Shown: positions 17,393-27,968, numbered from the stretch's first letter. The stretch is 28,675 nt of DNA from Halobacteriaceae archaeon (GCA_042216675.1 JBDGTS010000010.1:1-28675); one strand, 5' to 3'. The notes: generated from the letters alone by a model not told the origin. Numbers and translations are program-made.

Positions 17393-18151
17393 ATGGCACC
17401 GTCCACAGTTCGGGGGACGGTCGGGGGGTTGGGTCGGCGCGCGAACCCGGCGTTTGCCGTCGGTGTCGTCGCCGTCTCCCTCGTTGCCCTCGGCTACGCC
17501 CTCACGGTCGCAACGATTCAACAACACACGTACGTCCACGTGATGGCCGGCGTCCTCTGGACCGGCGTGGACGTGTTCATGGGCACCGTGCTAGGTCCGG
17601 TCGTCGGGGGTCTCGACGACGAGGAGAGCGCGGCGTTCTTCCAGCGACTCACGCCGAAGACAGCCTTCTTCCTGCCCGCGATGGCCTTCGTCACCATCGG
17701 GTCGGGGCTTCCGCTCGCAATCGAGAAGGGCTTCTTCGAGGGCGCGGCGGCGCCGTGGCTGGCGCTGTTCACCGCCGCGAACGTGATTCCGATTCTCCTG
17801 CTCGTGGGGTACCGCCTCGACGTTTATCGCGACTGGCGTTGGCAGACGCTCTTCGCCGTCGCCGCCGTCGGGTCGCTGGCGTGGGTCGCGACGACCGTCG
17901 GCCAGTTCGAGATGATAAGCCACGTGATGGTCGCCGCCCTCGCCATCGTCACCCTACTCTCGGTGCAGGGCTTTGGCTTCCTGATGCCCGGCGAGATTCG
18001 GATGTACCGCGAGATGACCTCCTCGTCGCCCGACGCCTCGATCATCGCGTCGATCGGCAAGCAGAACGCGATGCTCGGCGGCGTGCAGGGGCTGTTTCAG
18101 TTGATTCTCGTCGCGCTGATGGTGTCGCTGCGCTACGGGCTGACCTTCTAG
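17393..18151 (+). CDS. Multi-pass membrane protein of unknown function
   Basis: About 6-7 hydrophobic segments; HTYVHVMAGVLWTG motif. Confidence 0.8.
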   Translation: MAPSTVRGTVGGLGRRANPAFAVGVVAVSLVALGYALTVATIQQHTYVHVMAGVLWTGVDVFMGTVLGPVVGGLDDEESAAFFQRLTPKTAFFLPAMAFVTIGSGLPLAIEKGFFEGAAAPWLALFTAANVIPILLLVGYRLDVYRDWRWQTLFAVAAVGSLAWVATTVGQFEMISHVMVAALAIVTLLSVQGFGFLMPGEIRMYREMTSSSPDASIIASIGKQNAMLGGVQGLFQLILVALMVSLRYGLTF

Positions 18152-18963
18152 AGGCCGCGGTTCCACGGCGCGTCGTCGGGGTCGACACACCGATGTCGCT
18201 CCTCGATGCCGTCGATTCGCTCCACGTCGTCGACGTCGAGTTCGACGTCCAGACTCGTCCAGTTCTCCGCGACGTGGTCCCCGGTGCCTTTCGGGATGGC
18301 CGTGACGCCCTTCTCGCGAAGCCACGCGAGGCTGACCTGCGCCGCGGTGGCGTCGTGTTTCTCCGCGACGCGCTGGATTTCGGGCACCTCCGTCACCTTC
18401 CCGCGGGCGAGAGGCGCGTACGCGACGACTTCGATGCCGTGGTCCTCACACACCTCTCGGAGTTCCGTCTGGGGGAGGAGTGGATGCATTTCGACCTGAT
18501 TGGCGAAGATGCCGTTGGCCGTCTCGCCTTCTGCCTCCGTCAGCAGGTCCGGGGTGAAATTCGAGACGCCGATGCGCCACGCCACGCCGTCGTCAACGAG
18601 TTGGTCGAGGGCCATCATCGTCTCGTCGGCGTCGTAGTCCCCCAGCGGCCAGTGGACGTACAGCAGGTCGATGCGGTCCACGCCGAGGCGGGCGTGGCTT
18701 TCGTTAGCGGCCTGCACGGCGTCGGAGTAGCTCAGTTCGTCCCGCGGGAGTTTCGTCGCGACGAACAGGTCCCGGTCGTCCACGTCCGACTCCGCGATGG
18801 CCTCACCCACCACCCCCTCGTTGCCGTAGGCGATGGCGGTGTCGAGGTGGCGGTAGCCACGTTCGAGTGCGCGTTCGATTTCGGCGGGGTCCTCGATGCC
18901 GCCGGTTCCGAGGCCGAGCATCGGCATCCCGTCTGCGTCGGGGACCGTCCGATCAGGTGCCAT
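18148..18963 (-). CDS. Aldo/keto reductase (2,5-DKG reductase-like)
   Basis: GYRHLDTAIAYGNE, DLLYVHWP, IGVSNF, NQVEMHP, AIPK. Confidence 0.93.
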   Translation of the reverse strand: MAPDRTVPDADGMPMLGLGTGGIEDPAEIERALERGYRHLDTAIAYGNEGVVGEAIAESDVDDRDLFVATKLPRDELSYSDAVQAANESHARLGVDRIDLLYVHWPLGDYDADETMMALDQLVDDGVAWRIGVSNFTPDLLTEAEGETANGIFANQVEMHPLLPQTELREVCEDHGIEVVAYAPLARGKVTEVPEIQRVAEKHDATAAQVSLAWLREKGVTAIPKGTGDHVAENWTSLDVELDVDDVERIDGIEERHRCVDPDDAPWNRGL

Positions 18964-19002
18964 GGGTGAGCGTTCGGCCGCCCCCCGAAAAGAGGTTGCG
19001 GG

Positions 19003-20376
19003 CTAGTACTTCGGGTCGGCGCCCGTCACCGCGTACACGTCGTCGAGAATCGAGTCGCGCCGGGACTGCCACGCGTCGAACCCCTCCGGTGAGGCCGGAT
19101 ACTCCTCGTAGACGGACTTCAGGTCCTTCGCGAGGCCGTTCACCTTGTACAGTTCGTACAGCGTACTCCAGTGGCCGAACGTCTGGACGAGCGTCTTCAG
19201 CTTCAGGCCCAGCCCCATCGAGGAGGTGCCGGAGCGACCGAGGGCGTCGACGAGTTGCTGGCCGGGGATGGACGACACAACGTCCGTGAGTTCCTCGACG
19301 TCGTGGGCGGTGCCGAAGATGTTGTACAGGTCCATCGCGGCGAAGCGCTTGCCGAAGTCGGTCATCACCTGTCGGTTGTACTCCCAGAGGGCGTCCTCGG
19401 TGGGTGCGGCGTCCTCGATGGCCTCGACGGCGCGCCGGGTGGCCCACGTCGCCGCCTTCGCCGCGCCGGGAATGCCGCCGCCGGTAGTGGGGTTGACGTG
19501 GCCCGCCGCGTCGCCGACGGCGACGAACCCCGGCGCCACGGCGGAGTCGTAGGGCCGCCGGGTGGGAAGCGCCGCGCCGAGTTTGTCCTTGACTTCCGCG
19601 CCCTCGAACTCGGGGCGGTTCTGCAGGTCCCGCTTCAGCACGTCGACCAACTCCATGTCGGGTTGGTCCATCTGGAAGCCCAGACCGACGTTGATTTCGG
19701 TCTCGGAGCGCGGGAAATACCAGAGGTAGCCCAGTTCCTCGGTGGGCTTGAACACGATGGCGTCGTCGTAGTCCACCGGCTCTTCGACTTCGACGATTTC
19801 GCGGTACGCCGAGCAGAACTGCGAGTAGTCGACGTTCGTGTCGAAGGTGGCGTTCGAGAGGTCGGCCTTGTCCTGCAACAGCGACAGGGAGCCAGCGGCG
19901 TCCACGACGACGTCCGCCTCGTAAGTCACCGAATCGCCCTCCCGAACGGCCTCGACGCCCGTCACGCGGTCCCCGTCCTGAAGCACGTCTTTCACCACGG
20001 TGTCGAAGTGGAGTTCCGTGCCGGCCTTGTCCGCCTCGTCGAGAAGCACTTCGCCGTAGCGCTTCCGGTCGACGATGGCCCCCTTCGTGTCGCCGGGGAA
20101 CGGGATGTCGATGTGGTCCCCGGCCTGCGGGTTCTCGAAGCGGGCTTTCGTGATGTTCTCGTTGGTGAACGCTTCGCGGCGGAGACGGTCACGGTCGATG
20201 ACGTCCGGGAACGTCGACGTTCCCTTGATGGCGTCGCCGCAGGCGATGTGGCCGCCCTCCTCCTCGGACTTGCGTTCGAGGAGTGCGACCGACATCCCCT
20301 CTCCCGCCGCCGTCGCGGCGGCGAAACACCCAGCCGTGCCGCCGCCGACGACGACGATGTCGTACGTCTCGCTCAT
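19003..20376 (-). CDS. Geranylgeranyl reductase family FAD oxidoreductase
   Basis: VVGGGTAG, ACGDAI, GYLWYFP, VGDAAGHVNPTTGGGI. Confidence 0.9.
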   Translation of the reverse strand: MSETYDIVVVGGGTAGCFAAATAAGEGMSVALLERKSEEEGGHIACGDAIKGTSTFPDVIDRDRLRREAFTNENITKARFENPQAGDHIDIPFPGDTKGAIVDRKRYGEVLLDEADKAGTELHFDTVVKDVLQDGDRVTGVEAVREGDSVTYEADVVVDAAGSLSLLQDKADLSNATFDTNVDYSQFCSAYREIVEVEEPVDYDDAIVFKPTEELGYLWYFPRSETEINVGLGFQMDQPDMELVDVLKRDLQNRPEFEGAEVKDKLGAALPTRRPYDSAVAPGFVAVGDAAGHVNPTTGGGIPGAAKAATWATRRAVEAIEDAAPTEDALWEYNRQVMTDFGKRFAAMDLYNIFGTAHDVEELTDVVSSIPGQQLVDALGRSGTSSMGLGLKLKTLVQTFGHWSTLYELYKVNGLAKDLKSVYEEYPASPEGFDAWQSRRDSILDDVYAVTGADPKY

Positions 20377-20422
20377 TATTGTCGCGTCTATTGCCCCTCA
20401 CCTACAAAAAATGCGTGGACGG

Positions 20423-21280
20423 CTATCGGCGCGCTGTCGTAATCGTGTCAGTTCGGTCCCAGTGTCGGTGATTCACGACCACCGTCTCCGGCGGGGCATC
20501 GGCGAACGAGACGGTGGCTTCGTAGTCGATTTCTCCGATGCAGTCCACGCAGGCGTCGTCATCGGGGTCCGTCGTCGCCACCGTCAACGTCAGTTTCCCT
20601 CCCTCCCCGTCCCACGAGGCGCCGGCGAGTTCGGCGCCGTGACAGGGAGTCGGCGCCCGCAGGCCGCCCGTGACGGTCACCGACGACGATCCGAACGCGA
20701 CGGCGGCTTGCTGGCCGGTGCCACAGGCGCTCCCGGTCACTTCGAAGGCGTGGTCGAGGACGATCGGACTCCGACAGGCGATTTGCGTCGAAACCGTCTG
20801 CGGGTCGAGGGTCCCGTCCGGGCGCACGTCGATGGTCGTCCGGGTGTCGTTACAGTCGAACAGCCCCGTCTCGACTGCCACCTCGCCGGCCGTCCCGCCG
20901 TGGACGGTGACGCTCACGGTGTAGGCCGCCGGGTCGACGAGGGTGAAGCGCACGAACGCGCCCGCCGACAGCGCCCACGCGTTCTCGTAGCGCGTCGTTC
21001 CGTGGCTCGTGATTCGGACACCGATTTCCCGCGTCTCGTCGGCGGCGTTGCGCACGACGACTTCGTGGGGTTTGTTCTCCTCGGGAAGCAGCACCGCCGT
21101 CGGGTCGCCGACAGTCGCCGTGTCCGTCGGCTCGGTGGGGGTCGGAGTTGCCGTCCCCGTCGACGTGGGGGAGCGGTCCCGGTCCGTCTTCGCCGGACCA
21201 CCGCCCCCGCGAGAGAGACAGCCAGCGCCCCCGACGGCGGCCAGCGACCCGGCGGCCGCGAGCAGTTCACGTCGTCTCAT
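20423..21280 (-). CDS. Tat lipoprotein of unknown function
   Basis: MRRRELL...GAGC, Thr/Pro linker, beta-rich domains with several Cys. Confidence 0.8.
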   Translation of the reverse strand: MRRRELLAAAGSLAAVGGAGCLSRGGGGPAKTDRDRSPTSTGTATPTPTEPTDTATVGDPTAVLLPEENKPHEVVVRNAADETREIGVRITSHGTTRYENAWALSAGAFVRFTLVDPAAYTVSVTVHGGTAGEVAVETGLFDCNDTRTTIDVRPDGTLDPQTVSTQIACRSPIVLDHAFEVTGSACGTGQQAAVAFGSSSVTVTGGLRAPTPCHGAELAGASWDGEGGKLTLTVATTDPDDDACVDCIGEIDYEATVSFADAPPETVVVNHRHWDRTDTITTARR

Positions 21281-21335
21281 GGGTCACCGTTGGACCCGGA
21301 CGTATCTAACCCTACTTCAGGGTGAAAGGCCGCTT

Positions 21336-22190
21336 TCACCCACCGAGGGGCGCCGTCCACGTCGTCGCGAGCAGCACCGCGAGAAACAGGTAGGAGCCAC
21401 GGACGAGAAGCATCGTCGCCCGTTCGGGGTCGGCGCCGCGGGCCGCCACCGCCACGGCCCCCAGCACCACCGACGCCGCGGCCGTCGAGGGCGGGAACAC
21501 GCGGACGGCGCCCAGTGCGACGACGCCGAGCAACCCGGCGCCGAGCAGCGCGTGGGCCACGCGGCGCGCCCGCCCGACGCCGAGTGCGACGGCGACGGTG
21601 CGCTTGCCGATAGAGCGGTCGTAGGCGACGTCCTGTGCGTCGTCGATGACCTTGATGCCGGAGACGACGACCAACAGCACCGCCGCGAACGCGCCGACGC
21701 GGGCCGAGAGCGCGCCCGTCTGCGCCGCGAAGCCACCGAGCAGGGCCAACGCGATGCCCGCCGGGTAGCCCGCCGTCGCGGTCACCGGATTCGTGTCGAG
21801 TTGGGGCGCGTGGAGGTAGCCGATGGCCCATCCCGGCGCCGTCAGCGCCGCCGCGAGGGGGCCTGCCGTCGCCCAGACGCCCCCGAGACAAATCGCGAAC
21901 GCGGCCGTCGCGAGGCCGACGGCGACCCAGCAGCCACGAGCGGTGAGCGGATGGTCGTCGTCCTCGTCCCGAACGTAGAAATCGACGTAGCCGTCCTTGA
22001 CGTGAGCGGTGTAGAGGCCCGCGAACACCGCGCAGGCGTGGAGAAGCCCCGGGCCGAGCGCGTAGCCACCGGAGAGCAGGCCGCCGAACCCGGAGGCCGC
22101 GACGGGCGGCAACATGAAGACGGGATGCACTTGGGACGCCAACGCGGCGACGGCGGCGCGGGGGCCGCGGCCGTGGCGGACGAGTGCCAT
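21336..22190 (-). CDS. UbiA prenyltransferase family protein
   Basis: Asp-rich motifs KDGYVDFYVRDEDD and IDDAQDVAYDRSIGKRT; multiple transmembrane helices. Confidence 0.85.
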   Translation of the reverse strand: MALVRHGRGPRAAVAALASQVHPVFMLPPVAASGFGGLLSGGYALGPGLLHACAVFAGLYTAHVKDGYVDFYVRDEDDDHPLTARGCWVAVGLATAAFAICLGGVWATAGPLAAALTAPGWAIGYLHAPQLDTNPVTATAGYPAGIALALLGGFAAQTGALSARVGAFAAVLLVVVSGIKVIDDAQDVAYDRSIGKRTVAVALGVGRARRVAHALLGAGLLGVVALGAVRVFPPSTAAASVVLGAVAVAARGADPERATMLLVRGSYLFLAVLLATTWTAPLGG

Positions 22191-22229
22191 GCCATCTCAA
22201 CGCACGCGACGCCCATAGAACCCGGTGTC

Positions 22230-23351
22230 CTACCGGAGCGCTCGCGTGGCCTCGGCCATCGCGTCCAGCGCGGTTTCGACGTCGTCGAGGCTCGCGGCGT
22301 AGGAGATGCGAGCGTAGCCCGCGCCGTGGTCACCGAACGCGTCGCCGGGGACGACGACGACGCCGCGGTCGATGACCTCGTCCACCCAGCCGTCGGGCAC
22401 CTTCGGCATCGCGTAGAAGGCGCCTTTCGGCGTCGGCACCTCCAACCCCATGCCTTCGAGGCCGTCGAGAAGCACGTCCCGGCGCTCCTCGAAGGCGGCG
22501 GTCATCTCCTCGACGGGGTCCTGCGGGCCGCGGAGGGCGGCCTCGGCGGCGTACTGGGAGGGGGCGCTGGCGCAGGCTTGGGCGTACTGGTGGACCCGGA
22601 CCATCCGGTCGGCGCGACGTTCGCTCGCGGCGACCCAGCCGAGTCGCCACCCGGTCATCGAGTACGACTTCGAACAGCCGTTGACGACGACGACGTTGTC
22701 GGTCTCCGCGAACTCGGCGGGAGAGCGGTGCTCGCCCTCGAAGACGATGTGCTCGTACATCTCGTCGGAGATGCAGAGCACGTCGTGTTCGTCGGCGATG
22801 CGGGCGAACTCGCGCATGTCCGCGGGCGACTGGACGGCCCCCGTCGGGTTCGCGGGGGAGTTGACGACGAACGCCGCGGTGTCGTCGGTGATGCGGTCCT
22901 CGACGGTGGCCGGGTCGAGCGTGAGGTCATCGCGCAGGGGCAGACCCACCGGGTCGCCGCCGGCGATGTGGGTCAGCGCCTCGTAGGAGACGAAGCCGGG
23001 GTCGGGGTGGAGGACCTCCTCGCCGGCGTCGACGTGGGCCTCGATGGCGACGTGAAGCGCCTCGCTTCCGCCCGCGGTGGCGATGACGCCGGCGGGGTCG
23101 TAGTCGAGGCCGTTGTCGCGGGCGTGCTTCTCGCAGATGGCCTCGCGGAGGCTCTCGATGCCCTTGTTGCCGGTGTAGCCGTCCGCCTTGCCCGCCTCGA
23201 TGGCGTCGACGGCGGCCTGTCTGGCGTGTGTCGGCGTCGGGAAGTCCGGTTGGCCGAGGCCGAGGTTGATTGCGTCCTCGCTGGCGGCCTCGAACACCTC
23301 GCGGATGCCGCTGATGGAGACTCGCTCGACGCGGTCGGAGAAGTCGGCCAT
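22230..23351 (-). CDS. PLP-dependent class I/II aminotransferase
   Basis: NLGLGQPDF, NSPANPTG, SDEMY, SKSYSMTGWRLG. Confidence 0.94.
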   Translation of the reverse strand: MADFSDRVERVSISGIREVFEAASEDAINLGLGQPDFPTPTHARQAAVDAIEAGKADGYTGNKGIESLREAICEKHARDNGLDYDPAGVIATAGGSEALHVAIEAHVDAGEEVLHPDPGFVSYEALTHIAGGDPVGLPLRDDLTLDPATVEDRITDDTAAFVVNSPANPTGAVQSPADMREFARIADEHDVLCISDEMYEHIVFEGEHRSPAEFAETDNVVVVNGCSKSYSMTGWRLGWVAASERRADRMVRVHQYAQACASAPSQYAAEAALRGPQDPVEEMTAAFEERRDVLLDGLEGMGLEVPTPKGAFYAMPKVPDGWVDEVIDRGVVVVPGDAFGDHGAGYARISYAASLDDVETALDAMAEATRALR

Positions 23352-23382
23352 GTGGCGTGGCGGACCCGCCCGCGCTTAAGCG

Positions 23383-24126
23383 TTACCGATACATCCCCTG
23401 CATCGGCTGGGCCTGTGAGCTCTCCTCCTCGGCGGCCTCGCGCATCCGCCGGGCGAGTTCCTCGCGTTGCTCCTGAATCTCCTCGGCGCGGTCGACCAGT
23501 TCCTCCGTGGGCACCTCCACGTCGGCCAGCGGATTGATGCCCTCCAGAATCAGTTGCCGCGCCGCCGCCGGGTCGGGGAACTGGGGATTGCTCTCCACGA
23601 CGAGGCCCACCGCGTCGGTGTCGGTGGCGTTCGCACGGTTCAGCAGAGCGCCGGTCGGACCGCTCACGACGCCCCGCTGTTCGGGTTCAGGCACGTCGTG
23701 GTCGTCTAGAACGCCGCCCACGTCGCCGACGCTGACGCCGTACGTCTCGGGAATCTCGTCGGGTTCCTGTTCGACCGGGAAGCCGCTGAGATACAGGGGG
23801 AGGATGCCCTCGTCGGCGACCCACTCGTTCACGCAGTCCGCGAAGTCCGGCGCGGCGGGGTGCGAGACGGGCACGTCGCTCTGGAGGGCATAGAGGTCAC
23901 GCTCCTCGTCTGCGTAGATGCGGACGGGCGCCCGCACGGTCCGGTCGGTGTCGTAGACCGCGACGCGCGGGAGTCCCTCGCAGTCGATGTGCGCGTGGTA
24001 CGTCATGTCGAACGTCTCGACGAGGTGGTCAGTCGCGATCTTTCCGACGAGGCCGACGCCCGGAAGCCCCTCGACCAGAACGGGGTCGTCGAGGTCCACG
24101 GGGTTGTTGACGATTATCGACGCCAT
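23383..24126 (-). CDS. Proteasome assembly chaperone (PAC2) family protein
   Basis: LVEGLPGVGLVGKIATDHL, GPTGALL, FPDPAAA. Confidence 0.9.
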   Translation of the reverse strand: MASIIVNNPVDLDDPVLVEGLPGVGLVGKIATDHLVETFDMTYHAHIDCEGLPRVAVYDTDRTVRAPVRIYADEERDLYALQSDVPVSHPAAPDFADCVNEWVADEGILPLYLSGFPVEQEPDEIPETYGVSVGDVGGVLDDHDVPEPEQRGVVSGPTGALLNRANATDTDAVGLVVESNPQFPDPAAARQLILEGINPLADVEVPTEELVDRAEEIQEQREELARRMREAAEEESSQAQPMQGMYR

Positions 24127-24198
24127 GGCGGTGGTTCGTCGGGGTACGGCATAAAGGTGAGTCGAAACCCATTAGCCCGCCGTCGCCCCACAGCGGCT

Positions 24199-25110
24199 AT
24201 GGACGACGTTCTCGCGCGCTACGCCGACCTCGTGCCCGACTACGAGGCGTTCCGCGCGGCCTGCGACACCCCGCTTCCCACCGTCGTTCGGGTGAACCCC
24301 ATCAAGGCCGACCCAGAGGAGGCCGTCGCCGCCCTTCGCGAGGCGGGCGTCGGCGTCACCCGCCGCGACTGGCACCCGGGCGTCCTCGAACTCGACACCG
24401 ACAGCCCCGGCACCACGTGGCCCTACGTCCACGGCTGGATTCACGGGCAGGAGGAGGTGTCGGCCATCCCGCCGACGGTCCTCGACCCCGACCCCGGCGA
24501 CGCCGTTTTGGACGCCTGCGCCGCGCCCGGCGGCAAGGCGGCCCAACTCGCCGGGGGGATGGACGACCGGGGAACGCTGGTCGCCAACGACGACAACCTC
24601 GGGCGCCTCGCGGCCCTGCGGAGCAACGCCGACCGACTCGGCGTCACCTGCGCGGCGGTGACGAACCGCGACGCCCGCGACTTGGACCTCGACGACTTCG
24701 GCTTCGACGCCTTCGACGCCGCACTCGTGGACGCGCCCTGCTCCTGTGAGGGGACGATTCGGAAGAACCCGAGCGCCCTCGACAACTGGCACGAGGGGTA
24801 TCTGGAGACGGTCAGCGGCACCCAGAAGGGCATCCTCCGGAAGACGGTGCAGAACACGCGTCCCGGCGGCCGCGTGGCCTACGCCACCTGCACGTTCGCA
24901 CCCGAGGAGAACGAGGCCGTTCTGGACCACGTCCTCGCCCGCGAGAACTGCGCCCTCGTGGACTTCGACGTGCCCCTCGACTCGCGGCCCGGCGTCACGG
25001 AGTGGCAAGGCGAGACGTACGACGAGTCCGTGCGCAACGCGAAGCGCTTCTACCCGCATCTCAACGACACCGGTGGCTTCTTCGTCGCGCTTCTGGAGGT
25101 GGGCCGATGA
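24199..25110 (+). CDS. RsmB/NOP2/NSUN family RNA m5C methyltransferase
   Basis: LDACAAPGGK, LVDAPCSCEG, YATCTFAPEENE, GGFFVA; ATG at 24199. Confidence 0.93.
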   Translation: MDDVLARYADLVPDYEAFRAACDTPLPTVVRVNPIKADPEEAVAALREAGVGVTRRDWHPGVLELDTDSPGTTWPYVHGWIHGQEEVSAIPPTVLDPDPGDAVLDACAAPGGKAAQLAGGMDDRGTLVANDDNLGRLAALRSNADRLGVTCAAVTNRDARDLDLDDFGFDAFDAALVDAPCSCEGTIRKNPSALDNWHEGYLETVSGTQKGILRKTVQNTRPGGRVAYATCTFAPEENEAVLDHVLARENCALVDFDVPLDSRPGVTEWQGETYDESVRNAKRFYPHLNDTGGFFVALLEVGR

Positions 25111-25610
25111 GCGCGAACGACCCACACCGCTTCGAGCGACTGCCCGCCACCGAGGCCGAGCGAGAGGTGCCCGAACGCCCGACCCGGGCCGCCGTCGTCG
25201 ACTGGTGGGAGGAGCGCTTCGGCGTCCCGCCGGCGACGTGGGACGGCGTCACGTTCTGGGAGAAGGGCGCCGGCAAGGTGTGGGCGTTCAGCGACGACGC
25301 CCCCTCACCGCTCCGCGTCGAGGCACTCGGGATGGCGATTCTGCGCACCCGACAGGAGCACTGGAAGCCGACGACGGACGCCGCCCAGCGCTACGGCCGA
25401 CTGGCGACCCGCAACGTCTGTCGCCTCCCCGAACCGGCGGCGAAGCGTTTCCTCGCCGGCGAGGACCAAGCACTCGATTGGGACGGCGACTGGGGCTACC
25501 TCGTCGTCACTCACGACATCGTGGACCGCGAGGAGCCGATCGGCGTCGGCCTGTATCTCCACGGGGAACTGCGCTCCGTCGTGCCGAAGGCCCACCGCCG
25601 CACTCTATAG
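25107..25610 (+). CDS. Methyltransferase-associated protein (RsmF C-terminal/NIP7-like)
   Basis: ATGA overlap with the methyltransferase; WKPTT...FLAGED...GYLVV...IGVG pattern. Confidence 0.7.
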   Translation: MSANDPHRFERLPATEAEREVPERPTRAAVVDWWEERFGVPPATWDGVTFWEKGAGKVWAFSDDAPSPLRVEALGMAILRTRQEHWKPTTDAAQRYGRLATRNVCRLPEPAAKRFLAGEDQALDWDGDWGYLVVTHDIVDREEPIGVGLYLHGELRSVVPKAHRRTL

Positions 25611-26411
25611 CCACGGCGCGCCGTCGATTTCGACCAGCCGCTCCTCGCGCTGGATGGCGTCGAGGCGGCGCACGTCTTGCTCGTCGAGTTCGAGGTTCAG
25701 CGCCGCGTAGTTGTCGCGGATGTGCTCCTCGCTCGTCGCCTTCGGGATGGCGGCGACGGTCTCCTTTTCGAGGAGCCACGCGAGGCTGACCTGCGCGGCG
25801 CTGACGCCGTGCTTGTCGGCCACCTGTTGCACCTCGGGCACGTCGAACACCTCCCCGCGCGCCAGCGGCGAGTACGCGACGAGCCAGTGGTCGTCCTCGC
25901 GAGCGTACTCGTGGAGTTCGTCCTGCTGGAACAGCGGGTGCATCTCGACCTGATGGGCGAAGACGGGCGCGTCGAGGTGGTCCTTCGCCTCGTCCAGCAG
26001 GTCCGGCGTGAAGTTCGAGAGGCCCACGTGGTCGATGAGGCCGCGTTCCACGAGTTCGTCGTAGGCCGACAGCGTCTCCTCGGGGTCGTAGTCGCCGGTC
26101 GGCCAGTGGACGTACAGCAGGTCGATGTGGTCGAGGCCGAGTCTGTCGAGGCTCGTCTCCGCGCCCTCGATGACGTCGTCGTGGCCGAGCCCCGTCGTGC
26201 GCGGATGGAGTTTCGTCGCCACGAAGATGTCCTCGCGGTCCACGTCGGCCCGGGCTAGCCCCTCGCCGACGTACTCCTCGTTGTGGTAGGCCTGCGCGGT
26301 GTCGACGTGGCGGTAGCCCATCTCGAGGGCCGTCGCGACGGCGTTCGCGCACGCGTCGGGGTCCGTGTTCTGCCACGTGCCGATGCCGAGTCGCGGGATG
26401 GATTCGGGCAT
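25605..26411 (-). CDS. Aldo/keto reductase
   Basis: GYRHVDTAQAYHNE, DLLYVHWP, GLSNF, QVEMHP, AIPKA. Confidence 0.93.
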   Translation of the reverse strand: MPESIPRLGIGTWQNTDPDACANAVATALEMGYRHVDTAQAYHNEEYVGEGLARADVDREDIFVATKLHPRTTGLGHDDVIEGAETSLDRLGLDHIDLLYVHWPTGDYDPEETLSAYDELVERGLIDHVGLSNFTPDLLDEAKDHLDAPVFAHQVEMHPLFQQDELHEYAREDDHWLVAYSPLARGEVFDVPEVQQVADKHGVSAAQVSLAWLLEKETVAAIPKATSEEHIRDNYAALNLELDEQDVRRLDAIQREERLVEIDGAPWL

Positions 26412-26459
26412 GGTGTGGACTGCCCCGCGCCACCGACATTAGGCTACCGCTCGGCCGGC

Positions 26460-27968
26460 CTACTCGCCGGTACGTCTGAGCGTCCCGCCGGCGAGGCCAT
26501 CCCAGTCCACGCGGTAGCCCAGCCGCGAGAGAACGGCGCTGGCGTCCGAGAGGCCGTAGTCGGCCAGCGCGGCCTCGGCGTCCGCGAAGTCCATCCCCGC
26601 GTCGACGTCCTCGGCTACCGCGTCGAGGACGGCCGGTCGCACGAGCGTCCGGCCCACGCGCTCGTGGTCCGGGAACGTCTTGTCCTCGACTGCGGCCTCG
26701 CTGACGCCGTGACGCTCTGCCACCGCCGACAGCGTCACCACGTCGTCCTCGGGTCTGAGTTCGGCCGGAAGGCCCGCCGCGCCGGCGGCGACGAGGTCCG
26801 ACTCGTAGCGCCGGAGGGCGTCGCGCACGTCCTTCACGCGAACCGTCCCGCTGTACGGGATGGCGCGGGCGTCGCGGGCCGCGAGTTCCTCGCCGACGCC
26901 GAGCGACTCGTCGACGGCGACGAGCATCTCCACGCCGTCGAGCGCATCGAGTTGGGCCAGTTTCTTCTCGACGTACTCGGGCGTCCAGAAGCCCATGATT
27001 TCGAAGAACACGCGGAAGTCGGCGTGCCGGTAGTCGAAGGCGAAGTCGGGAATCATCACCCGGTCACCGGCCGCCAGCGGTTCCGGCTCGCGGGTGAGGT
27101 CCCAGTCCAAGCCGAGCGCCGTGAACCGGGCGGCGAAGTCGCGTTCGACGCCCGAGTCGTACGACACCTCCGTCACCGGGTCGGCGTCCGGAACCCGAAC
27201 CGGGTCCGCGTCGGTGAGGACCATCTCGCGTTCGGTTCCCCTGTCGTCGACGGTGGCCTCGACGCGCCACTCCTCGGCCGCCGCCACCGACCGGAGCAGG
27301 CGCGCGAAGCGGGTGCCGTAGCGTCGCGTCCGTCGGAACAGCGCGTCCGGCCCGGTGAGATGAACCACTCGTCCCTCCTCGGTCTGGTGAATCTCGTGCA
27401 GGAGGCCGAGGCGCTTTACCGCCGCCACCAGCCCCCGGGGGTCGCTGGACTGCACCCGGAGTGCCGTCGCGTCGAACAGCGCCGTCTGCGCCAGCGAGAG
27501 ATTGTACTGGGCGACGAGGCCGGCCGGCGTCCAGCGGTCGGCAACCTCGGTGACGACCTGTCGCGTCTCGCGGTCGGCGTACAGCGCAGTCGCCACGGCG
27601 TCAGGCGTCGCGTCCAGTCGCTCGGCCGCCCGCTCCAGCGCGTCTGCCCGCTCCGCGTCGTCGCAGACGCCGACGGCCTCGGCGGCGCGGAACGCCGTCT
27701 CGCGGGCCCGCCGGGGATCCACGGCCGCCCGCGTCTCAGTCGTCGTCACGCGGTCGAGCAGTTTCGCGAACCCCCGGACGAGTTTGTGGTCGTCGGCGTC
27801 ACGTTCGACGCTCGTGAGCGCCTCGTCGAGGGTGCCCCGCGTCTCGCCGACGTGGCCCCGGTAGGTGCGCAGGACGCGCGCGGCGAGTTCGCGGTCCCCC
27901 TCGCCGGCGAAGCGGGGCTGATACCCCCCACCGGCGCGGGAGACGCGGAGCAGGTCCTTCGTCAGCAC
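26460..27968 (-). CDS. bax1: DUF790 / Bax1-like endonuclease (XPB partner)
   Basis: YNLSLAQTALF, YDSGVERDFA, MIPDFAF, FFEIMGFWTPEYVEKK (PD-(D/E)xK-like); near xpb. Confidence 0.85.
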   Translation of the reverse strand: MLTKDLLRVSRAGGGYQPRFAGEGDRELAARVLRTYRGHVGETRGTLDEALTSVERDADDHKLVRGFAKLLDRVTTTETRAAVDPRRARETAFRAAEAVGVCDDAERADALERAAERLDATPDAVATALYADRETRQVVTEVADRWTPAGLVAQYNLSLAQTALFDATALRVQSSDPRGLVAAVKRLGLLHEIHQTEEGRVVHLTGPDALFRRTRRYGTRFARLLRSVAAAEEWRVEATVDDRGTEREMVLTDADPVRVPDADPVTEVSYDSGVERDFAARFTALGLDWDLTREPEPLAAGDRVMIPDFAFDYRHADFRVFFEIMGFWTPEYVEKKLAQLDALDGVEMLVAVDESLGVGEELAARDARAIPYSGTVRVKDVRDALRRYESDLVAAGAAGLPAELRPEDDVVTLSAVAERHGVSEAAVEDKTFPDHERVGRTLVRPAVLDAVAEDVDAGMDFADAEAALADYGLSDASAVLSRLGYRVDWDGLAGGTLRRTGE

